A DNA stretch of 63,723 nt, counting the filler, from Collodictyon triciliatum (Eukaryota), in the NCBI GenBank assembly GCA_043381765.1. It is 3 parts of 3 records of this genome, joined end to end, with 100 filler letters (N's around TTAATTAATTAA, not from the genome) between each part and the next. Parts side by side here need not be neighbours in the genome. Positions count along the whole stretch, not along the records: positions 1 to 27,209 come from JBHJMP010000996.1; 2 more parts are not named here. One strand, given 5' to 3'. Of the stretch, positions 11,344-25,896 are shown one piece after another. A model generated the notes under the pieces. The model was given only the letters and a program-made list of their open reading frames with translations. It had not been told where the DNA came from and searched no databases. The position numbers and the translations under genes are program-made. Every line of letters starts with the position of its first letter. The stretch's first letter is position 1.

Positions 11344-14300
11344 TCATGAACCACCACTAGTTGCAGTTGTAGCCGAGTCCCCCATCAAACTCATATGGCA
11401 GAACTGCGGGCGCTCAGCCGCATCCCCCTTCCAACACGTCTCCATCAACTCAACAACATGAACATCCATCCTTGGGCTGACCTTTGGCCGGAGTCCGCGC
11501 AGCACCTCCTTCTGAAGAGAGAGTCCGTCAAAGCCTTGGTACGGGATTGCTCGCGCCTCGATTTCCCACAGCAGGATTCCGAAGCTGTACACGTCCGCCT
11601 TCTCGTCGTATCTTTCACCTCGAATAATCTGAATACAGTTTCGATCCGGTTAATGTGGGAATAAATATGCGTATGAATGTATAATCATAATTAATAAATT
11701 AATTGTGGTTATCGTATGAATAAAGAAAGAGGAATGGAAAAAATAAATTTGATGAAAGGAAACAAATTGTCAGTTGTTCTGTCATGTAAAAATGAAGTGG
11801 TTGGAACCTCAGGGGCTTGGAATGGCATCGTCCCACACTTGGTCATTGTCTTGTTGCTTGATTTCATTCGAACAAAGCCAAAGTCACATATCTTGGCTTC
11901 GAAGTTGGAGGTTACCTACACCGTGGGATTGGCTGTGTGTTAATCCGACACCACTGGATATAGTCCCTCCGTTTTGCACTTAAGCAAACATCACTAATAT
12001 ATACTCGTGTGTAACCCATAACCTCGCCCAGGTAGAATAAATACAGAAATAATTACATGAATAAAGCATGCGTCAGTTGGTCGAGGTTGACAACTTACTA
12101 AAACATTTGCTGACTTTAGGTCTCTGTGCAATATCGGCGGATTATGGCCGTGCAGATATGACATGGCGCTGATTATTCCCGAAATAATTCGATATCTACG
12201 TACGGTAGATAATTCCATCAGTCCTTGGCTTTTGGTTTATTAGCTTGTCTGCACTACCAACCAATTCTTTACTTACTTCTCCTCGCGGCTTATCAAAGTC
12301 TTGTTATCCCGAAGGACGTGGTATAGGCTACCTGGCCGGACTAGTTCCGTCACAATCAGATTATTTTCAGATACGACACTTGCTCCCATAAACTTGACAA
12401 TGTTTGGGTGTGACAACTTCCTAAAGGAAAGGTTAGGCTGAGCTCCACAGCAAACATTATTTTTCCTCTTTGCCTTAATGAACATGCTTGTTATGGGAAA
12501 ATACTACATACTTTAAAGTGCTAGGTTTAATTACCTCATAATATTTATTTCTGTCACAAATCCGGACATATGCCTTTCATCGTTTTTTTTCTTTGTCAGT
12601 TTTTTCACCGCTACGTAAGAGCCCTGCGTAATTATTGAAATGTTCAGATTTGATGAAGGAATAGCGTAAGGGGAATACGCATAATTTCTAAAAGGCGAGT
12701 AAAATTCAGAAAAGTGAATGTAACGGGATAGCAGACACGACCCATGTTGCACGTACATTTAAGACACCAACAAAAACTGTTCCAAATGACCCAGTCCCAA
12801 GAACAAGCGGTTGGATTTCAAGAGCAGCCATGTCTACTTCCCATGTATGTCTCTCCTCCAACAAATATGTAGTTTCTAGTTTCCTATCTCTATCTGAATC
12901 ATCTGTGCTAGAGCTAGGCGCCACCACCGAAGGGAGGTTGGTTCCCTTCTCACTTTCATGAGTCTCTGCCTGTATTAAGCACCTTCATGATTAAGTGTGA
13001 AAAGGTTTTCACCTCCAAGATTTTAAGGTAATACGATTTCTGAAAGATAAAGTTTGGACAGTATTTTCAAATATTAACATCTATTGGGATTAAGGTGTTT
13101 GACCTGGAAAGATGCATTCGTAATTGAGTGTGCAACAAAACTTTGAGTTTTCCCAAATAAGCGTTCAGGCATATCGACCGGTGCAATCTAGAGGTTTCAA
13201 AATTAAATCTTAGAGATTGTGTACTCAATTCACCAAATAATGCTGTTCTAGAAGACTATACCATCTCACCATGGAAAAGAATGGAAAAAAAAACTTACTT
13301 CTCGAATATCACCGATTTCACTTCGTCCATCGACATTCTCATTTATTTCCATAGAGCGGCAAATCGATTCGAAGCTTAATTTACTATCAACGATAACCTG
13401 TATAATTCATGTATCGATCTCACAATAGGGAATACTGCGAATTGTGTCATTTTGTTTTGAGAATGCTTTCAAAAATTACCTTATGGGCGTTCTGGCCAAG
13501 TAGGGTTTGGCCACCCAAACTTACCTTTGAAAGCTTTGCAGCTCTGGTGACCGCCTGCAATTGTTTTCATTTAATAAAAATAAAAGAACTTCTGGAAAGC
13601 ACATGTCAGTGTTTTGATTCAAAAATCGTCTTGTTTCTGGGTCTCACTTTTCCAAAGTAGATTACAGTTGAATTTTCATTTTGATACTTGGATTTCAGGA
13701 CTCCAAAGTCGATTCCCTGGTTGAAGTATTTTCGCTTTAATAATAATCTTCAATGCGGCGTTTAACAACAAGAGGATTGGCCAATTCTATTTTGGTTCTA
13801 ACAATAGCAATATTACCATCTTAATTCGAAGTCCTCGCAAATTATTCTCTATTGAAGGCATACCAAACTCATGATTCAAGAGCTCAGTTGGCCAACTGGC
13901 TTCGTTGAGTCTTTTTTGAGCCGATGTACAAAATCTGGATAGATTGATTCTTTAGCATGCTGATTCTTTTTATTATCGATCAACTTCTTCATCTTCTTCA
14001 ATATATAGAAAATTCACCTCAGTGAGTCATCTACAGAACTAAAAACAATCAAAAATGTATCTGTGCTGTGTTGTCCAATATGTCCATTATGAGATTTGGA
14101 CAGCTACAATCAAATTACGAGAAAATTTTTAGTCATGATAGTAAGTGGCTATTCCTTTCACGCAGTTGTATTTCTAGCGGCATATAATGAGCGAATATAC
14201 CTCTTTGACAATATCATAATAGATGATGATGGATTCGCCCATCGTTTCAGGTATATCATCCCAAAGAGTGTTTGCTCCGTGAATTCGCAAGCAAACGGTT

Positions 14301-17300
14301 GCCAGAAGTCCATCAGACGGAGGTTTTTCGGAAGACCTGTTGAGCTCCTGTTGCAGTGCATACAGAATGTAATTATTTTTTTGTACATAAAAAAAAGTAA
14401 TGGGAGTTCATTTATTGAAAAAAATACGGTGAAATTTGTTTGGCCTTCCATGTGCTCTTGAGCAACCAATTTCTGTAAAGAAAGTGTCAGTCCACTCATC
14501 AATCAATAACTCATTAAAGTAACATAAAAATTAAAAGAAAATATACTAACCTCGATAACTTTCGTTATTTGCCGAAAAGTTGGGCGCTGCTGAGGGTTTT
14601 GATCCCATGCATGAACAATCATGTCCTTGATAGGCTGTGGTGTATTTTCAGGCATGTCAGGGCGCAGTTTATTTGTCACGACTTGAAACGAGACAGCGAA
14701 GGGGTTGTCTATGTTTGAGAATAGCTCCTTTCGACTCATTATCTCCCATGCTATCAGAGCAAAACTGTAAACGTCAGCAGCCTGAGTGTACTCCTTTCCT
14801 TCGATAATTTCTGGCGCCATCCACAACAGTGTGCCACTAGTCTCATGACTTTTTATTGTTCCTTGAATTATCGTCATTCCAAAATCACTATGAAGAAATA
14901 TTAAAAAATTGTTTTTAGATATTCCCAACGATTCAAACGCGTATTTGCTAATTTTATATTTTTCCAGATCACCTTATTTTTAGTCTGCATCTGTCATCAA
15001 CCTAATAAATTTGCGTGGTTGATTACAAAGTTTTCAATTTTGAGAAATACTGCACAATCTAAAGAAATTAGCGCATCGACAAAACAAACCAAAAAAAAAA
15101 TAATTACCAGGACGTTTAAACTTTTGAGGTCCCTGTGCAAGATAGGTGGGTTGGATGAGTGCAAGTATTGCATCCCTAATGAGTGATGTAGCAAGTTAGT
15201 GATAGAGCGAAGGATAGAAAGTTGATCGCGAGGCAAAATACCCTTAACAATATCGGAGATGAAGCAAAGGCGTTGATTTAGAGGTATGTCTATGGGTTTG
15301 TGAAGAAGCTCAAATAGTGTTCCTTGGTGCATGAGTTCGCAAACAAGACTAAGGTCATCCTCCTGAAAACTTGCACCCATATACAATACGATATTTGGAT
15401 GTCTTAACTCTCTAAATAGATGAAAATAAACGTTTAATGAGGTTATTGCTCATAATTTCTCCTAAATCAGAATGAATTAGGCCATATTGAGAAGAAATCA
15501 AAATTCATTATATATTAGAGACGATGTGCGAATATAATAAGTGGTTGTTTAAGACAATTTATTAACAAAAATTTTATGCAATTCAACTTACACCATTACA
15601 CAAATTTCTCTTTTAAACTCTTCAATCGCTTCCTTGCTCATTTTTCCTTTCGGTAACTTCTTTATTGCAACTTCAGTTCCTCTCCACTCGCCTTTGAAGA
15701 CCTTTAAATTGAATGCGATGAATAACTGATCAATTTTTAATTACTTTTAAAAGTATAGAATAAAAAGATAAAATACTTTTACCTGTCCGAAACTACCAGC
15801 TCCAAGTAAAGCCTTGCAATTAATATCGACTGGGTTGATAATCCCGTATAGCTTTTTTTCTGCTTCAGCCAAATGATCCAGCATTTTCTTTCTTCTGTAG
15901 AATACTAATATACCAGATGATATTGCAAATAGGCCCACGAGGCAGCTGCTTAATACGATTATGAATGTGTAATCCTTTTCTCGATGCTCTAAGGTACAAT
16001 TTAAGCCATATTTTTAAATGTCTGAAAGTATTCTTATATTATTTTTCATTAAATTGTGTATCATAAAAACGCCTGTTGTTCATACCTGGAACGCAGAATT
16101 TCTATGATAGAATATCAAATTACTATTAGTTATCCCGCGGGTCGTTCAATACAGTAAAATTATTATGAAATACATATTGAGAAATATATTTACCTCCGAG
16201 TTTAGCTCGTATCCTCGCTCACAAACACACATGTTCTCAGTGACATCCAGTCTGGAGTGCTTGGGGCATGCTTAAATGATGTATTTCTCAATAAAAAAAA
16301 AAACTGGATTCATTGAAGTTGTGAATATTTTGAAATAAGGTTCAACTTACATGCATGTATAATTGTAAACCCTTCGCATTGGGGACAGGGCATATTTTTA
16401 TTCCTCAGGTTTGAATGTGCAGATGTGAAGCGGATGAGAAATCCGTTTTTTGAAGTGTATATCTCGTGTCCGATTTCTATATTTCGTGATGAAATGGTGT
16501 TGTCTGGTACATCGACATCTCCCGAAACAGAGAATATCTCGATTCTAAATTCAATGAGATATCAGGAGGGGTATTCCATTACTTTAAGCAATCTCTGTAG
16601 CTAAACTGCAAATAAAGTGGAACATAATCACTGAAATTACTTGTCAATATCCCTTATCAATTTAGTAGTGAGTGCAATATGTGTAGCACTAGGTAAAATC
16701 CAAGTACAGTTGGTGCTTTCCAAATACATGGCATCCCCACTACCATCGTCAAATGATGACGGTTCAAAGGAGCTGTTTATCACCGTTGGAGACTTGCTTG
16801 AACAAAATCCTGAAAAAAATACACATTAAACAGTGTAAATTACACATTTTAGACCCGGTATTACCTGGTTTATATCCCATAACTTGATTTCTTAAAGTCA
16901 TCCCATGCTTTCCAGAGAAGTATATCAGAGTATCGTTTATCATCATTCCTGCGTGATGCGTGATAGGTCCATTATTTTTGAAACTGGGCGACTCAATGTG
17001 CATAACGCCTTGTCTCTGATGTTCTAAGATCAATATGGAGATAACATACATGTTAGTAAGTGATATTCCCTGATTGAATTTTATTAGAATGAGGAAAAAA
17101 TGGTGAAAAGGGATTTTCGATACTTTACTGAAATTAAACTATTGAAGCCTAAAAGAATCATATGCTACCATGTTGCAACATGAAAATTGTATTTTGCTTT
17201 AAGTGGTGATTGTATCCAGCCACGAGTGTAACGTTGTCAGATGAACCACACATGTGTGCAGACATTATCACGGAGTTTTCTTTACTTCTGTATTTTGACT

Positions 17301-20300
17301 CAACCCATTCATTCATTTCTATACAGATAGCGTCAAAACTAGATTAGAAGCAATATAAAGTAAAATAGCATTTGTTTAATATAGTTTTCAAATTGCTTAC
17401 CAATATCATATATCCAGTGGTCTCCCAAAGAAGCACCATCAACTCCTATTCCACCATAGAGAGAAATCTTGCTTGCGTCAGTTTGGCACAATGAGTGGTA
17501 GATTCTTCGGGCCTTTAGATAGGAACAAAAAATAAAACCAAATCAGAATTCACTCACTCATTCGCCATTTAAAATAAAATAGATAAATGTACGGGAGTTT
17601 TGGGGGCAAAATCCTTCGAAGAGACTGTTTTGTTCTTTGTATCGAAAGAGACAACAGCGTTGTAAAATTCAGTGACTCTGGTTCCAGGTGTTATCTAGAA
17701 AGTCATAAAATTTTATAGTGTTATTATTATAGGATACATTTTTGAAGATTTTGTCTAGCGTAATGGTGAGAGAGTGTTTACTTGGCCACCCCACATCCAA
17801 ACGGTGTCACCAATTTCTATATGAGCCATTCCATATCTCATGAATGGTCTCTGAAATGGAGAAAGCTCATTTTTCATCTCAACCTCTCTCCACGAACGAG
17901 CCCCTGCGCTCAGCATTAAAAAAAATAATTAGGACTAATCATCAACTTCTGTTGTTGGAGTGATTCCTATGTCCATTTGCTATGAATCCACACAAACGCA
18001 TACTCAGGTCGAATGCCCAAACGAATGGGTCTGAAATTCCGTGTTCTGTTCTACCACCAGTGATGAATATTGTGGAAGATATAGCAGTGACTACAGCTCC
18101 AGCTCGAGGTGGTGGCCTCATATCTGACGAGCCAAGAAACAGGGGTTTCCATTTTCCGTGCACTTTTTTTTAAAAAAAAAAATAATTAAATTACAAATTA
18201 CATTAATGAATTATTTCCCTCTATTCGGTCCAATGATTAGTTATTTTAATTGATAAAAACAAATAAAAATGAAAAATAAAGAGTGTTTTCTAGTAAGCGA
18301 AATACTTACGTATGTCAAAGGTCCAAAGGTCGTTCATTAGGACTTCTTCCAAAAATAAGGTGGAGCCTCCGAAAACAATAAAAGAGTTTTCGTCATATTT
18401 CCCAAAACCAGGTTCGAATCGGTGAATGGGGGAACGCACAATCGATGTATCTGTCCACGTCCTCAATTCTGATTCGGCAATATAAAGTCAGAATCTTCGA
18501 CAATCCCTCTAACATATAAACATGTTTTCGAACCCACCAGTATCCCAAACCCACAAGTCATTTCCGACATATCCATCAGTGCCTGCACCTCCTATGATTA
18601 TCATCTTGGTATCAATAGTCACAGATGCTGCTCCGTACTTCGGCGGTGGATAGGAGAGAGGAAGGTCAGGAAGCTTTAACCCATAATTTTTGCGGAACGT
18701 TATTTCCCGGGTTTCTAGTGTAAGAAAGAGTTATGCGAGATTGTCCTTCCTAGCTTTTTTTCTCTGGGAATCGATTGATTGTAATTTTGGACATTCACCC
18801 CTACCTATGTCGATGATGATGATATCCTCGAGCGGGTCCCTCATACGTAACCCCCCGAATATGTGAACCTCTTTTTCATTTGAGCTGAAGGCAAAGTTCT
18901 GTCTTCCATAGGTGCAATTGCGGCCCTCGTCAAGACATTCGATGCAATCATGCATCATCATTCCACCGTTTTCATGTCCACCGTTCACTATGTCGAAATG
19001 AAATGTCAAAATAGTCAACTTTTAACAAGATAAGTGAATAGTAATTGTTCGATGTAAAACTATTTACATATATCCAATTGAATGATTTGGTCGCTTTGAT
19101 AGCCTCCGTCAGCCCCGCCAAGCAGAAAAAATGTATTATTCACTACAAACATCCCGCCAAATGCTCTCTTGCCGTGATTCCCAAAGTCTATATCAATCGG
19201 TCTCCAAGTACCATTACCTGTTCGGGGTTTGAAATTCTGAATAAGTATATCGATACACAGGCTTGTTATTTAAAAAAATTGAAGGAAACCTGGATTATAC
19301 TCCAAAATATTTGACATCGTCGAACCAGACTCTATCTTCATTTTGTAACAAAATTTATATTAATGAAATATGAACTCCATTGATTTATGCTGTCGATAAC
19401 TCATCACTTTTAATCAAGTCATGCCTATTTACCTGTATTCCTCCGTGAATGTATATTCCAGAGCGATGCTTTTGGCACTGCGCCCCATAAAACGGATACG
19501 GTGCATATCCTTCCCTCATCCATTTAGATTCGTTAAGCAGAAGCGAGTAAGTGCCTCTGTCAGGTGCATCTGTGTGACCGCCCAAAAGAATTCCTTTACC
19601 ATCGTATTCGATGAAGCATGCATGAACCCGGCGTGTGGGTATATCACCTCCCACAGGCATCCTATACCAAGCTCCCAATTCTTTTTTGGAAAAGTAAGCC
19701 AAAAATAGATCAAAACAATGTAAGTCGCTGTATATACGCAAACGAGGGTAAAAACATCTTTTTATTAAAAAAAAAAAAAAAAGACAAAAAAACCTGTGAT
19801 TTCTGTCCAGAAGACGGTGTCCATAGGGTGATACTCATGAAAATTGTTCAGAACTGGAGAAGAGCTCCCAGCCACAGCATAAATTTTATTATTTATGAAT
19901 GCAGCAGAATGGTAAACGGATGGAGGAAGCTCTGTTCCTAACTCTATCATATCTCCTTGGCCCAATCCATCGATATCTATATTTTTGTTCCCCCGTTGAA
20001 TATATGCAGGCTAATAAAGAATAAAAACTGGTTGCGCGTTTGGGTCAGCCTAGAGGTACTCTCACATACCATTTATTCTTTCAGAGGATTCCTGGAATGA
20101 ACTCAGACAGTAAGTCTAAATTTTTTGTGCTCTTAGATTCCATCAAGCTGACTGCAAGACAATAGCAAATAATTCAAAAAATCGTGAAAGAAACACTGTA
20201 CCTTATTCTCTTCAGGCTGATGTGTCCCGTTAGAACACGGGATGCATTCCTTTTGAAAGTTGATGAATTTTTCAGCCTCACAAACGCATCCCTCTGGCCT

Positions 20301-23300
20301 AGCGATGAAACCAAGTTTGCAGTCTACAATCAACCAGTTCTGGTGAATAGTTTGTCATGTAGGTACCCCGAAATCTAGTTTGATAACTTACTAAATAAGT
20401 CGAATGAAAACCCAATAGTTGTGTCGCTGGCGTCTTGTGGAACCATGAATTCGACGACGGATACATAAGACGGAATTTCGATTATGTCTCCGACAGATAA
20501 CGATTTCATGTCGACCTATTAAAATCTTTTTTCAATTCTTGCCAAAAACCTTCCGACTATAATAAGCGAGGCAAAACCTTAAAACATGCATTTGCACTAA
20601 CCATTCTGTCGGACTTCAGCCCTATGTGAATTGACTCATCGCAATCTGAAGGTAATCCCAAAGTCAACGCAGCATCGCCTGAAACGTTTACATATTTCAC
20701 CTGTATAATCACACAGATTTAAAAATTGCTCCAATCAAAAATGAGGACAGTTTTTTTTATAGTTACATACCACCATGAAGTTCGAGTCCTCGATGCCCCA
20801 AGAACAATGAGTTCCAGGCATGTAATTAAACTCTCCGCTGCCATCCTCCAGCTTATCAATGCCACCTCGTAGCATTTCTTTATCCCGACACCAGAGTCGC
20901 TCTAAAGTTCATCACATCAGGGAAGTGTTTGATAGTATTTTAATATAGTCGAAGTGAGACGTAAAAAAAAAAAAAAATTGGTATTTTGAAAAAGAATGTG
21001 GAAAGCTATACCCAAATCTAACTCATACATCCCATTTGTGGGGAATATTCTTTTTTCTCCTTCATTGGAGCCAACATCAAACACGTTGCCGCCAAAAATG
21101 AAAGCCTTTCGATGGTGTACCAACGTTCCTGACCTTGTCCTACCGTGCAACTGTTTCATCTGGTTCTCCAGCTCCAAAGAGAAGCCTTTCGTGACTAGAT
21201 TGTAGGGAATATCATAGTGCACACACAAGGGTTAATCATGGTATAATTTTTATAATAATCTTAAAGTTTGGATATGTTCAAAGCAATTTACCATCGATTC
21301 CCCAAAATTCGTCTATAAATCTCCCGTGCTTATCCCATCCGCCAAACCCGAGGAGTGCTGTCGAAAATCCAAGAATGTTTATTTGGTCTGGAACATCCTC
21401 ATCAAGCAGCATCATCTGTGACCAACCATGTGTTTCTGTTGCAATTCATGTTAGTCCAAATACAATCGTTTTTTATAAAAAAAAAAAAAAAGGAAAGGTT
21501 TAAACCTCGAGTCCAGCACCAGACCTCCCTGTGCTTGCTTGTGCTTAACTGAGATAGATTGTCAATGAAGCACAGATTATCTCTCGAGGAGAAACCATTA
21601 ATGTTTCCTCTAACAATTGGGACGTTTGTTGAGTTTGTCACACTCTTTAGCTCTGATGTCTTCATATCATAGATTATGACGTGATTATCAATAGGGTTTG
21701 TATGGTTGCCATGCCCACCCCAAATTAATATTTCACTACCAACAGTGACAAAGGCGGCAAAGGAGCGAGTTGAAAGTGAAAGTAGCGCGGGATTCACGTT
21801 AATTTCTTCCCATGTTCTGCTCTCTGATTTTTAATTATTTTTTTTTAGTTGAATCTAATCATTTATTTTTGCTTTTATAAAAAAGAAGGAAAACCAGAGC
21901 ATACTTAGGGAGAACTTCATTGATAGCGCGGTTGCTTCAAGGTGGCTGATTCCTCCAAAAAGAAATATGTGCTCGTCGTAGTACGATATAATCTGCAGCA
22001 AAAGTATGAACCGAATAGCGTCCCTTTCACTTCGAATATGCATTGGAGATATACTTGTATATTTGTTTACAACTTACAGGATGCAATACTGAAGGCAGGC
22101 AAGTGTGATTATCTTGACATTCGGACTCCTGCCAGACTCTCTGCCAATTTTTTTCTCCTGCGTATTTACAGGGGTAATGAAAACACATACAATAAGCAAA
22201 GATGAATGAATAAAAGACATGTTGACTGAAATTTTATTCTCCTGCTTTATTGATTCAGTTTTTACCGATTTCATACGTCCAGAGGTCATTGATAAGCCTT
22301 TTTTCTCCATCATAGCACACTTCTCCTCCGTAGAGTGCCAACCTGTCCTCATCCATACCAGTAATTGCCGGCCACGCTCTGCCCATCGGGTAATGCTGTA
22401 AGCTGCTTGCCACCCATTCATTAAGAGCTGTAATTAAAAAATGGGTTAATGCTCACATATTGTCATCATATCCATATTTTAATAAATAAAAAAAAAAAAG
22501 ATATCCTATATCCGAAAAGAAACCTGTGTCAAATGCCCACACATCGTTTTGTGGGCACTTATTCGTTCCTCCAAAAAAGTAAATGGAGTTTCCGACGAGC
22601 ACCGATGACACGTCTTTCCTGGCTGACGGATGAGTGATAGGAAACTGAAGCGAGTTCTGGTTTTCAACGCTGAATAAAATCTCTGCCTGTCCGTTGTCTA
22701 AACATAAGTCATCATGAGCTCATGGCTGATTTGGCTTTCCTGACTGATGTCAAATCGATTCAATAAAATTATTTTATTCAACAATCTACTGCATAATCAG
22801 ATATATTTCTGAGCGAGCCACTACCGAGATTGACTCTGTACAAATCATTCGAAAAGGTCTCTCCTTCATGGTCTAATGAACCTCCAAAGATGAATACATG
22901 AGACTGAACCGCGTTTATTGTGCCAAAAATTCTGGGTGATATTCCAGAGGGGTATACAGGCGGTTCCCAATTTTTCGAGACTTTAGAAGCAGTTGGTTCA
23001 GTAATGTCATCATAATTTTTATATTTCTTATTTCCCCCAAAAAAAAAACACAATAATTTAATATAAATATACCTGTGTTGAAACGGAATATTGTGGCCGA
23101 CAAGTTTTCATCCTCATCTATGCCCCCATATATCAACAAATGATCGTTGTGAATCGTCATCTGGGATGTCACCACGTTGGGAGCGTACTCATAGTTTTGG
23201 CCTGGGAGATGACTTGTCCAAGTTTGACTCCCTTGCATAAGTATAGCAAAATCATTATTAAGGCTCCCTTCAATCACATTATTTAGGGCCTGTATCGGTG

Positions 23301-24462
23301 CATAGACTATCAATTTCTTTTTGATATTATAGCTCTCACCGATGTCATATGACCACAAGTCGTTAAGTTCATCCCCGTCGCACCCACCATACACATAAAT
23401 GGTGTTCTTTTGGGACGCGCATTCCATCGAATCTCGTCCTTGTGGAAGCTTTTCACTGTTGTAATGTTCCTTCGTCCATTCAAGACTTGTCAGGTCTAGC
23501 GAATACATCGTGTTCAAGTGATACCAATCATTTGCGTTCCACCCTCCAAACAGGTATATCTGGGTATTGGATGATGGCAAGCTTAGATAAAGCACTGAGC
23601 AAAGCAGGCACTTCTGTACATATTAGAGAGAAAATATTGTTAACCTTATTTTCCGCCAGAAGGAGACAGTAAAGGTATTGCCTTTCGGGAACTTCACCTT
23701 TCGTGGGTTTTGCCGTCCACCTGAATGTATCTTTTGCAGGGAGTAAAAATTATGTCTTGACATTTTCTCTATATTTTCCAAAAAAAAAATATGTCTGTAA
23801 TTGGTTTCTAAAAAAAAAAAGTCTGATAAAAGCTTACGTGTGTCAAAAATCCAAATGTTGTCGAATCTTGCTCGATCTTCTTTGTATTCTGTGTTGCTGA
23901 TATACATGTGGTGTGTCAATATCTTTTTAGTGAAACATGATTTGATTAATTGTAAAAAAAAATACCTCTATTATGTAACAAATATTTGTAAATAATGTCC
24001 CTTTCTTTCTATTCGGTGCTCTTCGCTTTGGATAGACACATGAGTGGCAAATAGTTGTACCTGCCGCCAAGAAAGTATATCTGATTTCCTTGGGAAACCA
24101 TAGTTGTCCAGGCTGACTCCAAGGGGTATCCTTGGTAATGGGCCCATCCTATTGTTGTTGTTTTTTTTTGACATTCATTTACGTGATGGAAATATATGAG
24201 TATCTATGTAGTCCAAGAACAGGAAATGGTGTTGTTTTTATATGTAAAAAATGGTATTTTTTTTCCCATAGACTTGCGTGCATTAATTTATGCATGTGGC
24301 CTTACCTTCCACTGGTTTTTCGTGCGCCTCGTGGGCCATCGTTGGAGCAGCAAGCGATACCAGGACAAGAATCACGACGGACAGGTGTATCGTTTCTCGT
24401 GGTTTTGCGAGCGGCTGGAGCAATCGAGGCATATGCCATCTCCTTTGGTTTTCACGTCTCAT
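11344..24462 (-). CDS. Receptor-type tandem TKL kinase: signal peptide-[kelch x~11-CUB-Cys-rich]x2-TM-kinase-degenerate class III cyclase-kinase
   Basis: First exon MRRENQRRWHMPRLL...IHLSVVILVLVSLAAPTMA; many kelch motifs (YLFGG, YVYGG, FIFGG, LIWGG etc.); CUB starts (DGSGEFNYMPGTHCSW ~20790-20850; DDGSGDAMYLESTNCTW ~16700-16750); TM (IIVLSSCLVGLFAISSGILVFY-RRKK ~15890-15965); kinase 1 (GAGSFG, VAIKK, HRDLKSLN, DFG, WMAPE); cyclase-like segment ~13530-14345; kinase 2 (GTGSFG, VAVKK, HRDLKSAN, DFG, QAPE, KADVYSFG); stop at 11344. Start codon is tentative. Confidence 0.88.
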
Positions 24463-25896
24463 CTATGAAAGCTGAAAGCTAGTCAAGTTTACTTCGGATG
24501 TTTTTTGATTTTAGAACAGGTTTTTTTTTTGTGCATGATTATTAGTATTGGTGTGTGTTTCTGTGTGCTTCCTCAAAGATATGAACCACTTAGTGACAAT
24601 ATAATATCGCTGCTTCCATGATTGATTTTTTTTTCTTTTGAAAGGCCAAGCCGCATGGCATTCCCTCTTGCCTACACCACTCAACAGCGCATGGATAGAT
24701 GATCACAGCCCGGCCGAAAGTGAGACACAAGAATCGTTGTGTGCCAACCAAAACATAAATAAAAAAAAACTAGAATAACCAGCAATTTATTTGTTCCCAA
24801 GATTTTATAGAAGAGGCTGCGAATACCTCACAACGCCCTCCAAAGCCAAGCACCAATATATTATCAAAGCCCTGTGTAAATCTCCGCCATTCCCATCCAA
24901 GGTAGCTGATTCCCAAAGCCCAAGCCAAGGAACGATGCAGTCCACACACTCAGGGCGCTATCTATTCTTTGCTAATTAGGCGCGTCCGCCGCTACAAGAT
25001 AGTCGTATTTTTATCTGGAATTGCAGGATTGGAAGAAGCAAATTCCTTCCTGGGGGATAGGATAACTTTTCATCTTCCCCAAACAGCAAACCCCAGAAGA
25101 AAGGCGCGCAGATGTACGGTACTATGCGCACCAAACGATGAATCCTTTGCAAAAAAAAAAAAAAACAGCCACGATTTTCAGGCACACGCCTCCCTTTCGC
25201 AGCGAATATTTCTATCTATATCCTTTGGGAACGCCGGGTTATTATCGGGAACGCTGAGAATATGCATCTTCTGGGTTTTTGGCGAGAGGACAAAGAAGAG
25301 ATGTTCAGTTCTCTCTGCTGCGAAGGAAGTTCGTCCTGCTTTCTCGCGGTGTGGTCTAACGTGAGCGCGTGACATTGTTTATTAGTTGGCGGACTGCATC
25401 GAGCCACGAGGCTGTGGGTTTGGACGATGGATCAAGTTTTTTGCTTCGTCTCGAGAAGATTTGTGGGGCCGCTTTTGTTAATCACGGATTGAAGCAACGA
25501 ATGCGATCAGTCGGAGGTCATCGTGGAATCGCTGCGCTATTCCTCACGTTAGACAATGGGATATAGTATATGTGTTGATAATTAAAAAAAAAGGAAATGA
25601 GATCAGATCACATTTCTACTTTTTTTGTGTGTGTTGTTTAATGATAATGCAAGTTGTGCGGACTCATTTATGCGTGACGAAAGAACTTATTCCCTTCGAG
25701 TGATTCTGCTAAGAAATTGTTTTTTGTTTTTTCTCATTTGCTTTTTTTTGTTTTTTGTTTTTTTGTTTTTTTGTTTTTTTGTTTTTTTGTTTTTTTGTTT
25801 TTTTTGTTTTTTTTGTTTTTTTTGTTTTTTTGTATTTTTGCTTTTTTGTTTTTTGCGCTGAAATTAGTAAACCCGCAGAAAATTATATAGAGCGTC

